A stretch of 64,000 nucleotides of DNA from a virus. The position numbers were made by a program, and so were the translations under genes. The notes under the pieces are model-generated. The model ran no database searches, was not told where the DNA came from, and saw nothing but the letters and a program-made list of their open reading frames with translations. Where the stretch lies: IMG/VR virus record IMGVR_UViG_3300035698_029335, positions 1 to 64,000 of that record; one strand, written 5' to 3'. Each line of letters starts with the position of its first letter. The stretch's first letter is position 1. Shown one piece after another: positions 9,340-20,100 of the stretch.

Positions 9340-9819
9340 CTACAAGATCGAATCATCGCTTCCTTTCTTTTTCTTCCTGCTCACATCCAGACTTGTAATG
9401 CCCTCAGACCAGAAATGTTTGTTTCTTCGCTCATCAATGATGAACTCAACAGCTAGTCTATTTGTAAATCCAGGCAATACTTTTACAGCATACAGACTTG
9501 CGTCTTTTTTGCTTCTCCAGCGTGCTACTACTGGCTCCAAATTACCATACAATGACCGGGGCTTTTTCTTTTGATATTTTTTTCTTACTGGAGGCTTCGA
9601 TAAGAAAGACGCACAGTGCTCAATCAATTCACCTTCACTCATACCTTCATCATAATACTTTTTGTAGTCCACTTCTAAGTAAGCCATGACTACCCAAGCG
9701 CTAATGCCATAACCAGGAATATTATAGCTACACTGAGAATACCTGCCTGACTTTTCCTCAACACTGTCTGTATATTTAGACTTCTTAAGAGACACGAATT
9801 TACATTGAATTTCTTGCAT
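9340..9819 (-). CDS. Hypothetical protein
   Basis: 159-aa ORF coupled to the glutaredoxin stop. Confidence 0.5.
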   Translation of the reverse strand: MQEIQCKFVSLKKSKYTDSVEEKSGRYSQCSYNIPGYGISAWVVMAYLEVDYKKYYDEGMSEGELIEHCASFLSKPPVRKKYQKKKPRSLYGNLEPVVARWRSKKDASLYAVKVLPGFTNRLAVEFIIDERRNKHFWSEGITSLDVSRKKKKGSDDSIL

Positions 9820-10124
9820 TACTCTCCCTTGTTCTTTTCGTATTTTTCTTTTGCCTTTCTTGCTTTATTCTCTTTATCAAAGAATTCTTCAAGCTCTTGG
9901 AATCCGCCAATAAAAGTGTCTTCCTTTGTCATGTCAGAGAAGTCTTCTTTCAATAAGATAATAGGCACTGTGTTTTGCCCCACTCTCGTTGCGATATTAT
10001 CTAACACTTCCGGCGCGAAGTCCATCACAGTTACAACAAACCTCTCCTCTTCTTTGCGCAATAAAGAGATTGCGTGTTTGCAGTACTGACAATCTGTTTT
10101 GGTATACATTTGAAATACTCTCAT
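9819..10124 (-). CDS. Glutaredoxin
   Basis: YTKTDCQYC (CxxC), TVP and FIGGF motifs. Confidence 0.9.
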   Translation of the reverse strand: MRVFQMYTKTDCQYCKHAISLLRKEEERFVVTVMDFAPEVLDNIATRVGQNTVPIILLKEDFSDMTKEDTFIGGFQELEEFFDKENKARKAKEKYEKNKGE

Positions 10125-10130
10125 GGTTTC

Positions 10131-10385
10131 CTACCCCTTTAATAGATGCCGACCGGCTTCACTAATTATTGTTTTTGATAACTCGGCTGGTAAACCTTCA
10201 ACAATGAATTTCTCACCAGCTGTTGTTGTTATTTCTGTATAGTTTTTAGCTCCACCTTCTTCTGACAAGATTTCTCCAAAACTATACACCTGCATGCTAC
10301 CGATGATCTCTGGATTAACATGCTTGACTTTTGTGGTTACGTTGCCATCTGCAAGTACCACCACTTCTTTAACTTCTATTAACAT
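10131..10385 (-). CDS. FlbD/SwrD-like small protein
   Basis: VNPEIIGSM...TEITTTAGEKFIVE resembles the FlbD family pattern. Confidence 0.4.
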   Translation of the reverse strand: MLIEVKEVVVLADGNVTTKVKHVNPEIIGSMQVYSFGEILSEEGGAKNYTEITTTAGEKFIVEGLPAELSKTIISEAGRHLLKG

Positions 10386-10879
10386 CCTGTCCTCCTTTTA
10401 ACAACCTTATGTTCCTACTATCCACCCAATGTATTCCGCTCTCCGTCCACACACACAATAATTGCAGCGTACCTTCTGGCACAGATGAAATTAAAATGCC
10501 ACGCTCCATTCTCTTAGTCGCAATGGCGATGTGAAAATCGCCATCCTTGTTCTTTTGGTGGAGATATGCATTCTGCAGTATTTCTATTGGCTCACCTGGC
10601 ACTAGACTGGTAAAGATCATTCTGTTGTGTCGCTAGGAGCTTTCCCTGAAGCTTCAAGCATTGCAGCTGCTTCAGACATCTGTTTATCAATCAGAATCAG
10701 CATCTCTCTGAAGTTTTCTATTATTCCTGGTAGCTCCACTTTACTGCATCTTGATATTTCTTCTCTTGCCACCTTTAGGCAATGCGCCTGCGCACGATGC
10801 ACTGCTTGTACTGCAGCTACATAGACATCATCCTCGTGCAGAGTGAGGCTGCTACGAAAAACCCTCATCTCTTCTATGC

Positions 10880-12451
10880 TCATTTTACCTCCAGAACAGC
10901 ATGACTGGTAGTAATCAAAGTGCCAGCTACCGATACTGCGTTTTGCAGAGCAACTCTAGTAACCTTTACTGGGTCAATTATGCCAGCCTGGATCATGTCT
11001 ACAAGCTTACCAGTGGCTACATTATATCCTTTACCATCTCTACTCTTCAATACATCAACAATTGCCAACTCTGCATTACCGCAAGCATTAACAATCATTT
11101 GTCGCAATGGAGCCTCGCAAGCTTTACTGACTATCGATACGCCTAGAGACTGAACATCGTTATCTACTTTCAGCTTCTTCAATACGGAACTAGCACGCAA
11201 TAGAGCGGTGCCACCTCCCGCAACAATTCCTTCTTCTTGCGCCGATCTGACGGCAGAAAGTGCATCTTCAATTCGATGCTTCGTTTCAATCATTTCGACC
11301 TCTGTTGAGCCACCAACATGAATAACTGCTACACCACTAGCTAGCCTAGTTATCCGCTCTTGCAGCTTTTCGCATGTATGAAGGTCGTCGGTATGCGCGA
11401 TTTCGTTTTGCAGACTTTCAATGCGTTGAGATAGCTCCTCATCATCAAATTCACCACCGATAATAGTAGTAGTAAATAGGTTCGCTTCTAGCGTCTCACA
11501 AGTGCCAAAGTCACCAAGTTTTACACCCTTAAGATCGTTGCCTGTCACCTTTGTCATAAAGGTAGCACCAACTGCGCATGCTAAGTCTTCAAGGATGCTT
11601 TGTCTTTCGCTACCGAATGCAGGCGGTTTAATTGCAATGACCTTCAGTGTGCCCTTCACCGAGTTCGTGATAATAGAGGCGAGAGCAGCCTCAGCCACCT
11701 CATCTGCGATGATAACCAGCGGTCTCTTCTCCCTGGCTGCCAACTCAAGAGCAGGCATCATAGAGTCAACCTTAGTGATTTTTTCATCAGTAATAAGAAT
11801 TAACGGCTCACTGTATTTGACACTGCCAGTTCGCTCATTTGTTGCAAGTATCTTTGCTGCTAACCCACTTCTAATAGTGAACCCTTCAAGGAAAGACAAT
11901 TCGGTCTGTAAAGACTTTCCTTCTTTCACCGTAATACTACCATCTTTACCGACTGTATCGATTGCTTCTGCAATCACACTTCCAACAACATTATCATTGT
12001 TTGCTGATATTGTTGCAACATGCCTTAGGTCTTGTAGGGTTCGCACCGGGACTGCTTTTTCTTTTAGAGCCTCAACTAGTGCTGCTAGAGCCTTGTCCAT
12101 ACCACGTTTGAGTTCGATTGGCGGTGCACCTGCTGCTAGGTGTGGTTGAGCGGCAACCAATAACGCTCTTGCGAGAACTGTACTAGTAGTGGTTCCGTCG
12201 CCAACTGTATTGTTCGTTTCTTCTGCTGCCTGCTTGATTATTTGCGCACCTGCATCTTCAAAAGGATCCTCTAGGTCCACAAACCTACTAACAGTAACGC
12301 CATCTTTTGTCACTATAGGTCTCTTTCCTTCTTGCTGCAAAATGACATTTCGTCCGCGAGGACCCATTGTCGCTGCTACATTGTCAGCCAATTTGTTGAC
12401 ACCTGCGAGCGTCTTAGCCGTCAGGAGTTCGTTATCTAAAAATTCTTTCAT
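10880..12451 (-). CDS. groEL: Chaperonin GroEL
   Basis: TMGPRGRNV, VTKDGVTV, GDGTTT, GIVAGGG and GIIDPVKVTR; no GGM tail. Confidence 0.97.
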   Translation of the reverse strand: MKEFLDNELLTAKTLAGVNKLADNVAATMGPRGRNVILQQEGKRPIVTKDGVTVSRFVDLEDPFEDAGAQIIKQAAEETNNTVGDGTTTSTVLARALLVAAQPHLAAGAPPIELKRGMDKALAALVEALKEKAVPVRTLQDLRHVATISANNDNVVGSVIAEAIDTVGKDGSITVKEGKSLQTELSFLEGFTIRSGLAAKILATNERTGSVKYSEPLILITDEKITKVDSMMPALELAAREKRPLVIIADEVAEAALASIITNSVKGTLKVIAIKPPAFGSERQSILEDLACAVGATFMTKVTGNDLKGVKLGDFGTCETLEANLFTTTIIGGEFDDEELSQRIESLQNEIAHTDDLHTCEKLQERITRLASGVAVIHVGGSTEVEMIETKHRIEDALSAVRSAQEEGIVAGGGTALLRASSVLKKLKVDNDVQSLGVSIVSKACEAPLRQMIVNACGNAELAIVDVLKSRDGKGYNVATGKLVDMIQAGIIDPVKVTRVALQNAVSVAGTLITTSHAVLEVK

Positions 12452-12524
12452 CCTTTCCTCGTAATATTTGTTAAAAACACCCTTCCATAGTACAACACTT
12501 TCTGCCTTTTGTAAAGCTCTAAAT

Positions 12525-13499
12525 CTATGTTCCGGTAAATTCTTTCATGATAGAGTCTAAATCCTCATCACTGTCCAGATCCTTGGTCGAACTACGAACA
12601 CTGAGCTTGATTGCGGCGGTAAAGCTATGTCGACCATTGTGTGACATATGCGGCTTCACTCGGAACCTTACATTCGCCTTCTCTCCGCTACCTTTGAATA
12701 GTGGGGCTCCAAACGTTCTTTCTTCATCGAAAGAATATAGACCTTTACCTCTTATTTGTATAAAATTGTCACCTTTACTTGAATAATAAGTAGCTATATT
12801 TGCAAAATCTATTCCTGCTTTGAAGTCACTTTTTTCACCAAACCACTCTCTATTCAATTTGTCTCTGAATTCGCCAGTTCTCATCGATGGTTTTAGACCG
12901 ACTATAATATTGCCTTTTATATGCAAGCATTCATCTGAAATATCTCTAAAGAGAGCACGCTTGTCTAGGTATTCGGATAAATAATCTTGATATAAGCTTG
13001 AGAATATCGCTTCATTCTTGCGGAAACCCTTTGTTTTAATCGGGCACCATTTGCCTGTCTGTATATTGAAGCCGAGGGTAAACTGCCCATAATCAGCCCC
13101 ACATGACGTTTTTAACTCTATATTTAAAGTATTCTCTTTACTTATTATTTGCAAATCTGAACCGTGACTAAATCCGGCTGTCTGAACATTTACACCTAAA
13201 CTGTTGTATTTTCCTTGAATATAATCCGCCTTTTGCTTTTCATAATCGGCTCCTGTGTTAGCCGCACAACCTTTACTACTATCCGGCTTAACTAATATAG
13301 TGACCGAACCCGTGTTGTCCTTCTTTTTTAACTGACCCAGTGAACTGCCTCTTATAGGATCGTACAAAAACCCTCTATCTATGAACACTTCTCTCATCTC
13401 TGTCATTACACTTTGTCGCGCTGCTCTTGGCACCAAAACCTTTATTGTATTTCTACCAACTATCTTGGTTTCATATTTTAACTCTTGTATAGCTTGCAA
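12525..13499 (-). CDS. PD-(D/E)XK restriction-endonuclease-like nuclease
   Basis: GADYEK...SDLQI...NIELKT catalytic pattern; start codon uncertain. Confidence 0.55.
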   Translation of the reverse strand: MQAIQELKYETKIVGRNTIKVLVPRAARQSVMTEMREVFIDRGFLYDPIRGSSLGQLKKKDNTGSVTILVKPDSSKGCAANTGADYEKQKADYIQGKYNSLGVNVQTAGFSHGSDLQIISKENTLNIELKTSCGADYGQFTLGFNIQTGKWCPIKTKGFRKNEAIFSSLYQDYLSEYLDKRALFRDISDECLHIKGNIIVGLKPSMRTGEFRDKLNREWFGEKSDFKAGIDFANIATYYSSKGDNFIQIRGKGLYSFDEERTFGAPLFKGSGEKANVRFRVKPHMSHNGRHSFTAAIKLSVRSSTKDLDSDEDLDSIMKEFTGT

Positions 13500-13632
13500 C
13501 GCACTAACAAGATTAGCGTTACTGTCGGGAACTATTTTACACCTCTTTCTCGAAATCCCTTTCTGGTTTAATTAACGTTCGAACTCTTTCGCGAACCTTT
13601 CGTACTCTTCATTGTCGAACCCTGGTGTGCCT

Positions 13633-14403
13633 TCAAGAACACTTGATTTCTTGTAGGATCTTATCTAAAGGTAAGTTGCCAGGATCTGTCTTTTCACTGG
13701 TCAAGTGATAGTGACCCAAGACACCCTTAAATGTACCATTGACCACTCTTTTTTCGACACCACGAACTAGGCTACCATCTTTATTCAACGGAGCTTCTAA
13801 GTGTATGTTATGTGCCGTACAAACAGCTTTCGTCAGGGCTTTCAGAGCCTCTACTTGTATTGGATAAAAACCTAAGTACGGCTTCAATTTCCTGCCATGA
13901 ATTTCATCATCATTGATGACCGGTCTTAATGGCTGCTGTTTTTCTTTGTAGCGTTTATTGAATTTCGCCTTGACTGGATTTGCTATCTCCACCCCGACGG
14001 AATGAGTATTGATACCTCGGGCATGCCAGGCAATGTCTTTTGTGTCTAGCAGTTGATATATGGTACCGTCATTATCGATACCGAAGTGCACAGACAAGCC
14101 ACGTTCTTTAGTCACATCGATCATCTGTTGTGTGTTGATACATGCATCCCAATGTACAGCAAACATCCTTGGGTGGCGCTTGCTTCTTTTCTTATAGTTT
14201 GCTGATTCGTAGCCGGGTCCACCTTTGTCAAACCTTACCACTTGATCCCACTCAATGAGTACTTCTTTACCGTTGCAGAGTATATAATTCTTTTGGCTAA
14301 GAAGTTGCTTGACTCGTTTGGTACGGAACACATTATCGTTCTGTTCTAATGTATCTTCTTTTGCCACACTTTTCTTACCAAGCAACTTCTTTAACCAATT
14401 CAT
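13633..14403 (-). CDS. N-acetylmuramoyl-L-alanine amidase (Amidase_2), probable endolysin
   Basis: AVHWD, SVHFGID.DG.IYQL, AWHA...N.HSVGVEI and GHYH....KTDPG. Confidence 0.9.
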   Translation of the reverse strand: MNWLKKLLGKKSVAKEDTLEQNDNVFRTKRVKQLLSQKNYILCNGKEVLIEWDQVVRFDKGGPGYESANYKKRSKRHPRMFAVHWDACINTQQMIDVTKERGLSVHFGIDNDGTIYQLLDTKDIAWHARGINTHSVGVEIANPVKAKFNKRYKEKQQPLRPVINDDEIHGRKLKPYLGFYPIQVEALKALTKAVCTAHNIHLEAPLNKDGSLVRGVEKRVVNGTFKGVLGHYHLTSEKTDPGNLPLDKILQEIKCS

Positions 14404-14420
14404 TTTATTCCCCTCGTTAT

Positions 14421-15182
14421 CTATACAATAATGTCAGCAATCCCAAACTTGACTGCTTCTTCTGCAGATAAATAGACGTTCATCTTGCGAGCCATCATTT
14501 TGTCCAGCTGTTTTTCTGTCATTTTGGTCTCTTTAACAAGAGCTGCCAAGTATTGTTGTTGTGTATACATGATTTCGGTGACCTCATTCTCGATGTCATG
14601 ACTTGCGCCATGGGTTCCAGATTGAACTGAGTGGATCATAACACGACAATTTTTACCGATTTTGCGATTACCTTTCGTTCCGGCTGCTAACAAAAGCACA
14701 CCTGCAGACATAACAGAGCCTAAGCCAAAGGTATTGATATCACAGTCTTCTTGCACCATCTTCATCACATCATAGAGGGCAAACATACCAAGAGCGCTGC
14801 CACCTGGTGTGTTAATAATAAAATCAATAGGCTGCAAAATATCAACCAAATCCACAAAGAATTCAGCCTCCGGGTCTGATTCGAACATCTTTCGCTCTTG
14901 CTTAGTAAGGTCCCTGGGAACCTGCTTTATGCGCGCCTCATGCAGTGTTAGGAGCTTATATAAGACTTCCTCGGTCTTATCATCGTTCACGGGACCACAG
15001 AGCCCGACCATTCGAAAGTCTTTATTTTTTTGCAAAAATTCCTTCGCATTATCCGTAAGCTTAGGTTTGGACTTAGACTTCATTACTCTTTTAGTCTTTG
15101 TCTTTGCTTTAGAATTATTTTCTTTACCGCTCATCATTATGCACCCTTGTTTAATATTTTTATGTTTGCTTCTTCTATCCAC
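14421..15182 (-). CDS. clpP: ClpP-family serine protease
   Basis: INTPGGS, GSVMSAG (catalytic Ser), RVMIH (His) and YLSAEEAVKFGIAD. Confidence 0.92.
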   Translation of the reverse strand: MDRRSKHKNIKQGCIMMSGKENNSKAKTKTKRVMKSKSKPKLTDNAKEFLQKNKDFRMVGLCGPVNDDKTEEVLYKLLTLHEARIKQVPRDLTKQERKMFESDPEAEFFVDLVDILQPIDFIINTPGGSALGMFALYDVMKMVQEDCDINTFGLGSVMSAGVLLLAAGTKGNRKIGKNCRVMIHSVQSGTHGASHDIENEVTEIMYTQQQYLAALVKETKMTEKQLDKMMARKMNVYLSAEEAVKFGIADIIV

Positions 15183-15865
15183 TCGCTGCTGCCTCCGCCT
15201 TGGAACAACACTTCCACTATCAGATAGATATCGTAGTTATCTGTTGGTCTTGACGACCACCTTGGAATCGACATCCTCTCTTTATATGTCGCTGTATCAA
15301 CCTTTTCAACACCCATGAGTATGCCAATGGGATTACCAGCTCTCACAACATGCTTAACTAACACCCCTCCAACGGTATACTTTTTGTAAGCTCCATACAG
15401 GGTATGAACTCGACGGTGATGCGCAATACTCATGTTATCTCTGAATTGTTTTTTCTTCTTGGTCCTGTGCTAGTCTTTTTACCTGCAGGGCTTTCATATT
15501 CACCCGAAAGGCTTCTTCTTTTTCCGCGAAGGTCTGCTCAGGCTTGTGTTTTTTGTAGATTTCTTTTGGCGATAACTTCTTCATTGAACGTCATAAAGTC
15601 CTCTGGGTGTCGGTACTAGCGAACAAATTCCATGATCTGTTAACAAATCTCTTGAAAGAACGAAAGGGATAAATGGCAAACCAATCGCATTAGTGCACGT
15701 ATACGGAGCATATGTATAGTAAACACTATCTGGCGGAATGCTCTCGAAATCTTTAACTGAAGTGGAAGTGCCTTCTTTCGCCATTTTCAAGATCTCCGAA
15801 ATTGCTTCTTTTCCTAGTTCACTTTTGAACATAACAGCTCTTTCTTTCTGTGTTTGTGTTTAACT

Positions 15866-16390
15866 TCATTTGATACAAGTTTTACTATTGTGTCCCGTTT
15901 CGCCGCACTTGCCGCATTTTCGTGGACCTCTTTCGACACGCTTCTTTCGGACCTTTCCGGTCTTTGTTTTTTTGTCTCTCACTACAGGTGCTACTCCGCA
16001 CGAACGTACATTGTGCCCATATTCTCCGCACTTACTGCATTGGCGAGTAGACGTTTGTTTACCGTCTTTGCCACTCTTCTGCCTTAGTCCTATTTTGACA
16101 TATTTTTTAATGTCGCCATATTGATCAAGTTCGTCCAACTTGAAGGCTTCGAATTCTTTTGCCCACTTTAGCCACTCTTCAGTGGTGCCGAAATCACGTG
16201 CGAAGAACAAAATACTCTCGCCTGTCTTCGGATTCCAGCCGTTGCCAGCTTTATTCCAACCCATCAGGTACATAGCGATTCTTCGCTCTAAGCGCGCTTC
16301 GATACCTTGCTGGATATTGACCTGCATTCGGTATACGCAGTTGCTCAAACCTTCCTGATTCATCTTCCATGCTTTTGCGCTAATGTCCAA
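15866..16390 (-). CDS. Protein with two C-terminal CCHC zinc knuckles
   Basis: CSKCGEYGHNVRSC and CGKCGETGHNSKTC (Cx2Cx4Hx4C) separated by a basic linker. Confidence 0.75.
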   Translation of the reverse strand: MDISAKAWKMNQEGLSNCVYRMQVNIQQGIEARLERRIAMYLMGWNKAGNGWNPKTGESILFFARDFGTTEEWLKWAKEFEAFKLDELDQYGDIKKYVKIGLRQKSGKDGKQTSTRQCSKCGEYGHNVRSCGVAPVVRDKKTKTGKVRKKRVERGPRKCGKCGETGHNSKTCIK

Positions 16391-16514
16391 AACTTCCTCC
16401 TCTTTTGATCATCTTATCACAGGTACGCTCAAAATGCAAGCACTCTTTTCGAGTGTGCTGTTGATTTAACGCACAAGCTCTGCAAGCGCTTCATGAACAG
16501 CGATGGGTAAAAAA

Positions 16515-16771
16515 TCACCAGCTTAATTTTACTTTTTGTCTGTGCATAAAATTATGCAACAAATGTCGCTGTATATAGCCATGATGAATGATAGCGCGTT
16601 TCGTGTCGCAAGACGTCTCGTATCCAGACGCGAATACCTGTCTGACGATGCCATCATGATACAGTTTTATGTCGGTAACCAGAAGGACAAATTGCCTTTA
16701 TGACCGATCAGATCATAATCCTTACTATAGATTAGATCTCCTATTTCAAGTATTTGGTAATCGGTATACAT
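16515..16771 (-). pseudogene. Frameshifted GDLV-family gene
   Basis: MYTDYQILEIGDLIYS...KG continues in another frame as FVLLVTDIK...KVKLSW. Confidence 0.4.
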
Positions 16772-16961
16772 ATGCTACTTATGCAGGTGTAAGGCGACCA
16801 TGAAAGAAAATACTTCTAGTCGGGTGACATTCTTCCAATAAGCCAGTACACAAGTTAACAAAGGTGTTGTTAACTCCGATTGTGGGACTGGTGCACAAAT
16901 ATTTATCTTTTTCTTTGTACATAAAATATCCTTTTTTCGTGTTGAGCCGCAGTGAGTTTTC

Positions 16962-16990
16962 AGTTTATCAGATCATTTTCTTTCTGTCAA
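16962..16990 (-). promoter_or_regulatory. Sigma70-type promoter, GATC-box class
   Basis: TTGACA gaaagaaaatGATCtga TAAACT. Confidence 0.7.
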
Positions 16991-17268
16991 GAGGCAAGAG
17001 CGGCTTTTGAAATTAAAGTCAACTCGCTTCTTAGGAAAAGCTGCGTCTTGGTATTGGTAGCCCATAATACTTCATACTGCGCAAAGAATCTCCTTACTCT
17101 TATTACCAATCCGGGGGTATTCTCGTACCCATACTCACCTGTCTTCACCAGGTCGCCAACTTGTAAGTTTAAGCTTTCTACTGTCATGATGGAGTTACCA
17201 CTTTCGATACAATTGTTGCTGAATAGTCCGATGGGTAAGATTATCAAATTCACTTTCCCACATTTCAA
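16987..17268 (-). CDS. GDLV-family small protein
   Basis: Probable start MTVESL; LQVGDLVKT...PGLVIRV...YEVLW...LTLISKA. Confidence 0.6.
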   Translation of the reverse strand: MKCGKVNLIILPIGLFSNNCIESGNSIMTVESLNLQVGDLVKTGEYGYENTPGLVIRVRRFFAQYEVLWATNTKTQLFLRSELTLISKAALAS

Positions 17269-18415
17269 TTACCGTGTAGCCTTTCTCTTGCAGGGTCTGC
17301 CTTCTCTTTAGCCATTCATTGTATAGTGTTTTGTATTTCTTTTTGGAGATTGGATTTATACCTTCAGGAGGATATTTGCCTGGGTTGCCGTGCCAAAAGT
17401 CACCAAGGAACTCATATACTGTGTTTGTTAATGGATTAAATCCATCAACCCTATATCTACCTATCTTATGCTGCCTTAAGAGTATTGTGTCTTCAGTCAA
17501 TACACCTTTCGTTTCTGTTGTTGCAGCTTCTATTTGATCTAACCAAGCTGCTTCTTTTTTGGAGATTGAATTGCCGCACTTACGACAACCGCTGCCTGCA
17601 AGATGATTGCTAGGTGTCTGCTCAAACGTATTGTGGTTCCTACATGTTATTTTTACTTTTTCTTTATTATTCTTGTATTCGGTCAAACTGTATTCATATT
17701 TATCTCCATGTACCACCTGGGCTCTTTCTATGAACTCCTTAGTTGAGAGTCGTCTAGTATCAGCAACAGTAATAATGCTGCACTTAGGGCAACCATGTCT
17801 TCTCTTGCTAGTATGGTCGCCTGGTGTTTGTAAGAAAGAGCCATGCTGCTTACATACTATTATTATCTTTTCTTTATTACTTCTATACTCAGTCAAACTA
17901 TAATCATATAAGTTACCATGCAACAGTTTTGCTTTTTCTATGAACTCCTTGGTTGAAAGTCGCATACCACATTTAAAGCAGCCGTTGCCGCCATTAGTGT
18001 GGTTGCTTGGTGCTTGCAAGAAAGAGCCGTGCTTTTTACATACTATTTCTACTTTTGTATGAGTGCCTTTGTATTCAGTCGAGCTGTAATCATACTTGTC
18101 ACCATGTGTCGCTCTTGCCTTTTCGATAAACTGCTCGGTTGAAAGTTGCCTGAGGTTGTTAGCTACAACAGCTCCACATTGGGGGCAGCCACTTTTTTTC
18201 GACTTATTGGTGTGATTGCTTGGCGTTTGAAAGAAAGAGCCGTGCTCTCTGCAGACTATCTCGACTCTTGTACGTGTGTTTTTAAATTCAACCAAATTAT
18301 AACTGTATCTTTCTCCATGCACTGCTTGAGCTTTTTCTACGAACTCAATTGTTGTTAATTTTCTTCTCACACTTACCTCTACAAGCACCATAGGGCACAT
18401 ATTGAATTTTGTCAA
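17195..18415 (-). mobile_element. Free-standing homing endonuclease: four DUF723-like zinc repeats plus a Vsr-like/PD-(D/E)XK domain
   Basis: Repeats of FIEKA...HG.KYDYS..EY......V.IVC..HG.F.Q.P.NH....GC..C; YRVDGF...VYEFLGDFWHG...GYTVIEMWE. Confidence 0.85.
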
Positions 18416-18478
18416 CCAAAAAGAAAAAACGCCGGGTGACCAGCGTTATTCTCAAGATTTCTCTACCTAAATCGGATA

Positions 18479-19294
18479 TTACTTTCTTTTTTGCGTGAGT
18501 TTCTTTGCAACTCGTTCTGTGATTTTCGAAATCGCCTCTTGCAAAGCAGCTTCTTCTTCAACCGGTCCTTCTTCTTCGAGCGCAATTGCTCCTCGCTTCT
18601 CTAACTCAGAAACTAATGCTTCGGTCGCAATGCCACTAAACTCATCTTCTTCTTCATCGCCCATTGCTGGAGCTGCATCAAGCTCTGGTGCAGGTGCGTC
18701 GTCCATTGGAGGCTCGTCCATGCCACTTTCTTCACCATCAATACTAACTGCAACGCCAAGGGCTGCAGCAACCGCATTTACAACCTTCTTCAGAAGGTCT
18801 TCTTCACCACTGCCAGCGCCCATTTCTGGTTCCATTTCCGGTTCCATTTCTGGTTCCATTTCTGGTGCCGCGTCCATTGGGGGCACTTCCTCTTCACCAC
18901 CCATTTCCGACTCTTCGTCGCCTTCTAGCTCTTCTTCTTCAAAGTTTTCTGCCAAAGGAGTTCCACCTTCGATACTTTTCTTTGTCACACTAGTATTGGA
19001 TAGCTTATGATCTTTCTCATAAGATGTGCCAGGAATTTGCAACTTACCATCAGGTGAATCAGGTACACCTTTACCTTGATCCGTAGCTACTCCTGATTCA
19101 CCATTAGGGTTACTTTTTCCAGCACCTTCACGATGTGGTCCAGGTCCAGTTTTGTCGAAATTATCTTCCGCAAGTTGCTCTTCTTCATCTTCTTCGTCAT
19201 AATTTTCACTCACAAACCCTTCTGTTAATGCCTTTGTCCCGGCTAACTTCATGAACTTGCGAATGTCGCTCTCTTTGATTATTTTTTTTCCCAT
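18479..19294 (-). CDS. Acidic low-complexity protein, probable virion/scaffold-type late protein
   Basis: IRKFMKLAG N-terminus, very acidic, PEME repeats; ACTATTTA upstream; terminator-like hairpin at ~18418-18448. Confidence 0.5.
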   Translation of the reverse strand: MGKKIIKESDIRKFMKLAGTKALTEGFVSENYDEEDEEEQLAEDNFDKTGPGPHREGAGKSNPNGESGVATDQGKGVPDSPDGKLQIPGTSYEKDHKLSNTSVTKKSIEGGTPLAENFEEEELEGDEESEMGGEEEVPPMDAAPEMEPEMEPEMEPEMGAGSGEEDLLKKVVNAVAAALGVAVSIDGEESGMDEPPMDDAPAPELDAAPAMGDEEEDEFSGIATEALVSELEKRGAIALEEEGPVEEEAALQEAISKITERVAKKLTQKRK

Positions 19295-19359
19295 TGGGTA
19301 CTCCTCAGTATAGAAATCTAAGTTAAATAGTTTTTTAAAACCTAAAAAGGCTTCTTCTA

Positions 19360-19803
19360 CTAGCCGTTGCCAGTATTTTTATCTCGTATCGTTCCGACCA
19401 TGCTCGTTAATGTATGTTGTTCGTTTCGGAAGACTCTTTGTTCTGCCTCTATCTCTTCTAATAGACGTGTTTGTAGCTCTGAATTCTTTGCTATTATCGT
19501 CATCGCTTTTGCAGTATCTCGCATAGTGTCCTCAAGTGACTTACGAACATACCAAATCTTCACACCATCTTGATCACTTTTATCATGCCAGGCGTGCAAT
19601 ACTTCCAGCTTACTTTTGATAGGTTCCAAGAAATCACTCTTCAGTTCCATCAAGCTACCCTTGAGTTTCAAAACACTTTCCTCCACAGCCTTCAGTCTAG
19701 TCTCCGAGTTTTGCAAATTCTTTTGACGGAACCATCCGAACACCTCTTTTACTGCCGCCATCACAATTATAACAACAAGTCCTATTACTGTGATATTTTC
19801 CAT
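19360..19803 (-). CDS. Membrane protein (single N-terminal TM plus coiled coil), possibly lysis-related
   Basis: Hydrophobic residues ~4-19 followed by a heptad-like region; CTATTTA upstream. Confidence 0.4.
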   Translation of the reverse strand: MENITVIGLVVIIVMAAVKEVFGWFRQKNLQNSETRLKAVEESVLKLKGSLMELKSDFLEPIKSKLEVLHAWHDKSDQDGVKIWYVRKSLEDTMRDTAKAMTIIAKNSELQTRLLEEIEAEQRVFRNEQHTLTSMVGTIRDKNTGNG

Positions 19804-19842
19804 CTTTAATTCCCCTTACGAAATACAGTCGTAAATAGAAAA

Positions 19843-20100
19843 TCAATCAGGTAAAATACATAATAATTTTTCTTTATTATATCGCTTTGAAAGCTTCTTT
19901 AGGGCAGCATTTTGAATCTGTAAAACACGCACATGACTTACACCGATCCTCTTACTTATTTCTTCTAAGAACATCGGACCATGTTCATCAATAGCTATCA
20001 ATGCACAATTATGGTCTTCCCCATGATCGATCCAATATTTACACTCCAGCACTGGACACCCAACTCCTTTCTCTCTGCACTTCTCTGAGCATTCTTTCAT
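19843..20100 (-). CDS. Stand-alone sigma70 region 4 HTH protein with Cys-rich N-terminus
   Basis: MFLEEISKRIGVSHVRVLQIQNAALKKL matches the region 4.2 pattern TLEEIG..FGVTRERIRQIE.KAL.KL. Confidence 0.8.
   Translation of the reverse strand: MKECSEKCREKGVGCPVLECKYWIDHGEDHNCALIAIDEHGPMFLEEISKRIGVSHVRVLQIQNAALKKLSKRYNKEKLLCILPD

Noticed and set aside
18821-18870. 12-bp tandem repeat (PEME x3) as a contingency locus
   Set aside because: It is an in-frame, imperfect repeat in an acidic low-complexity linker, so it is ordinary.
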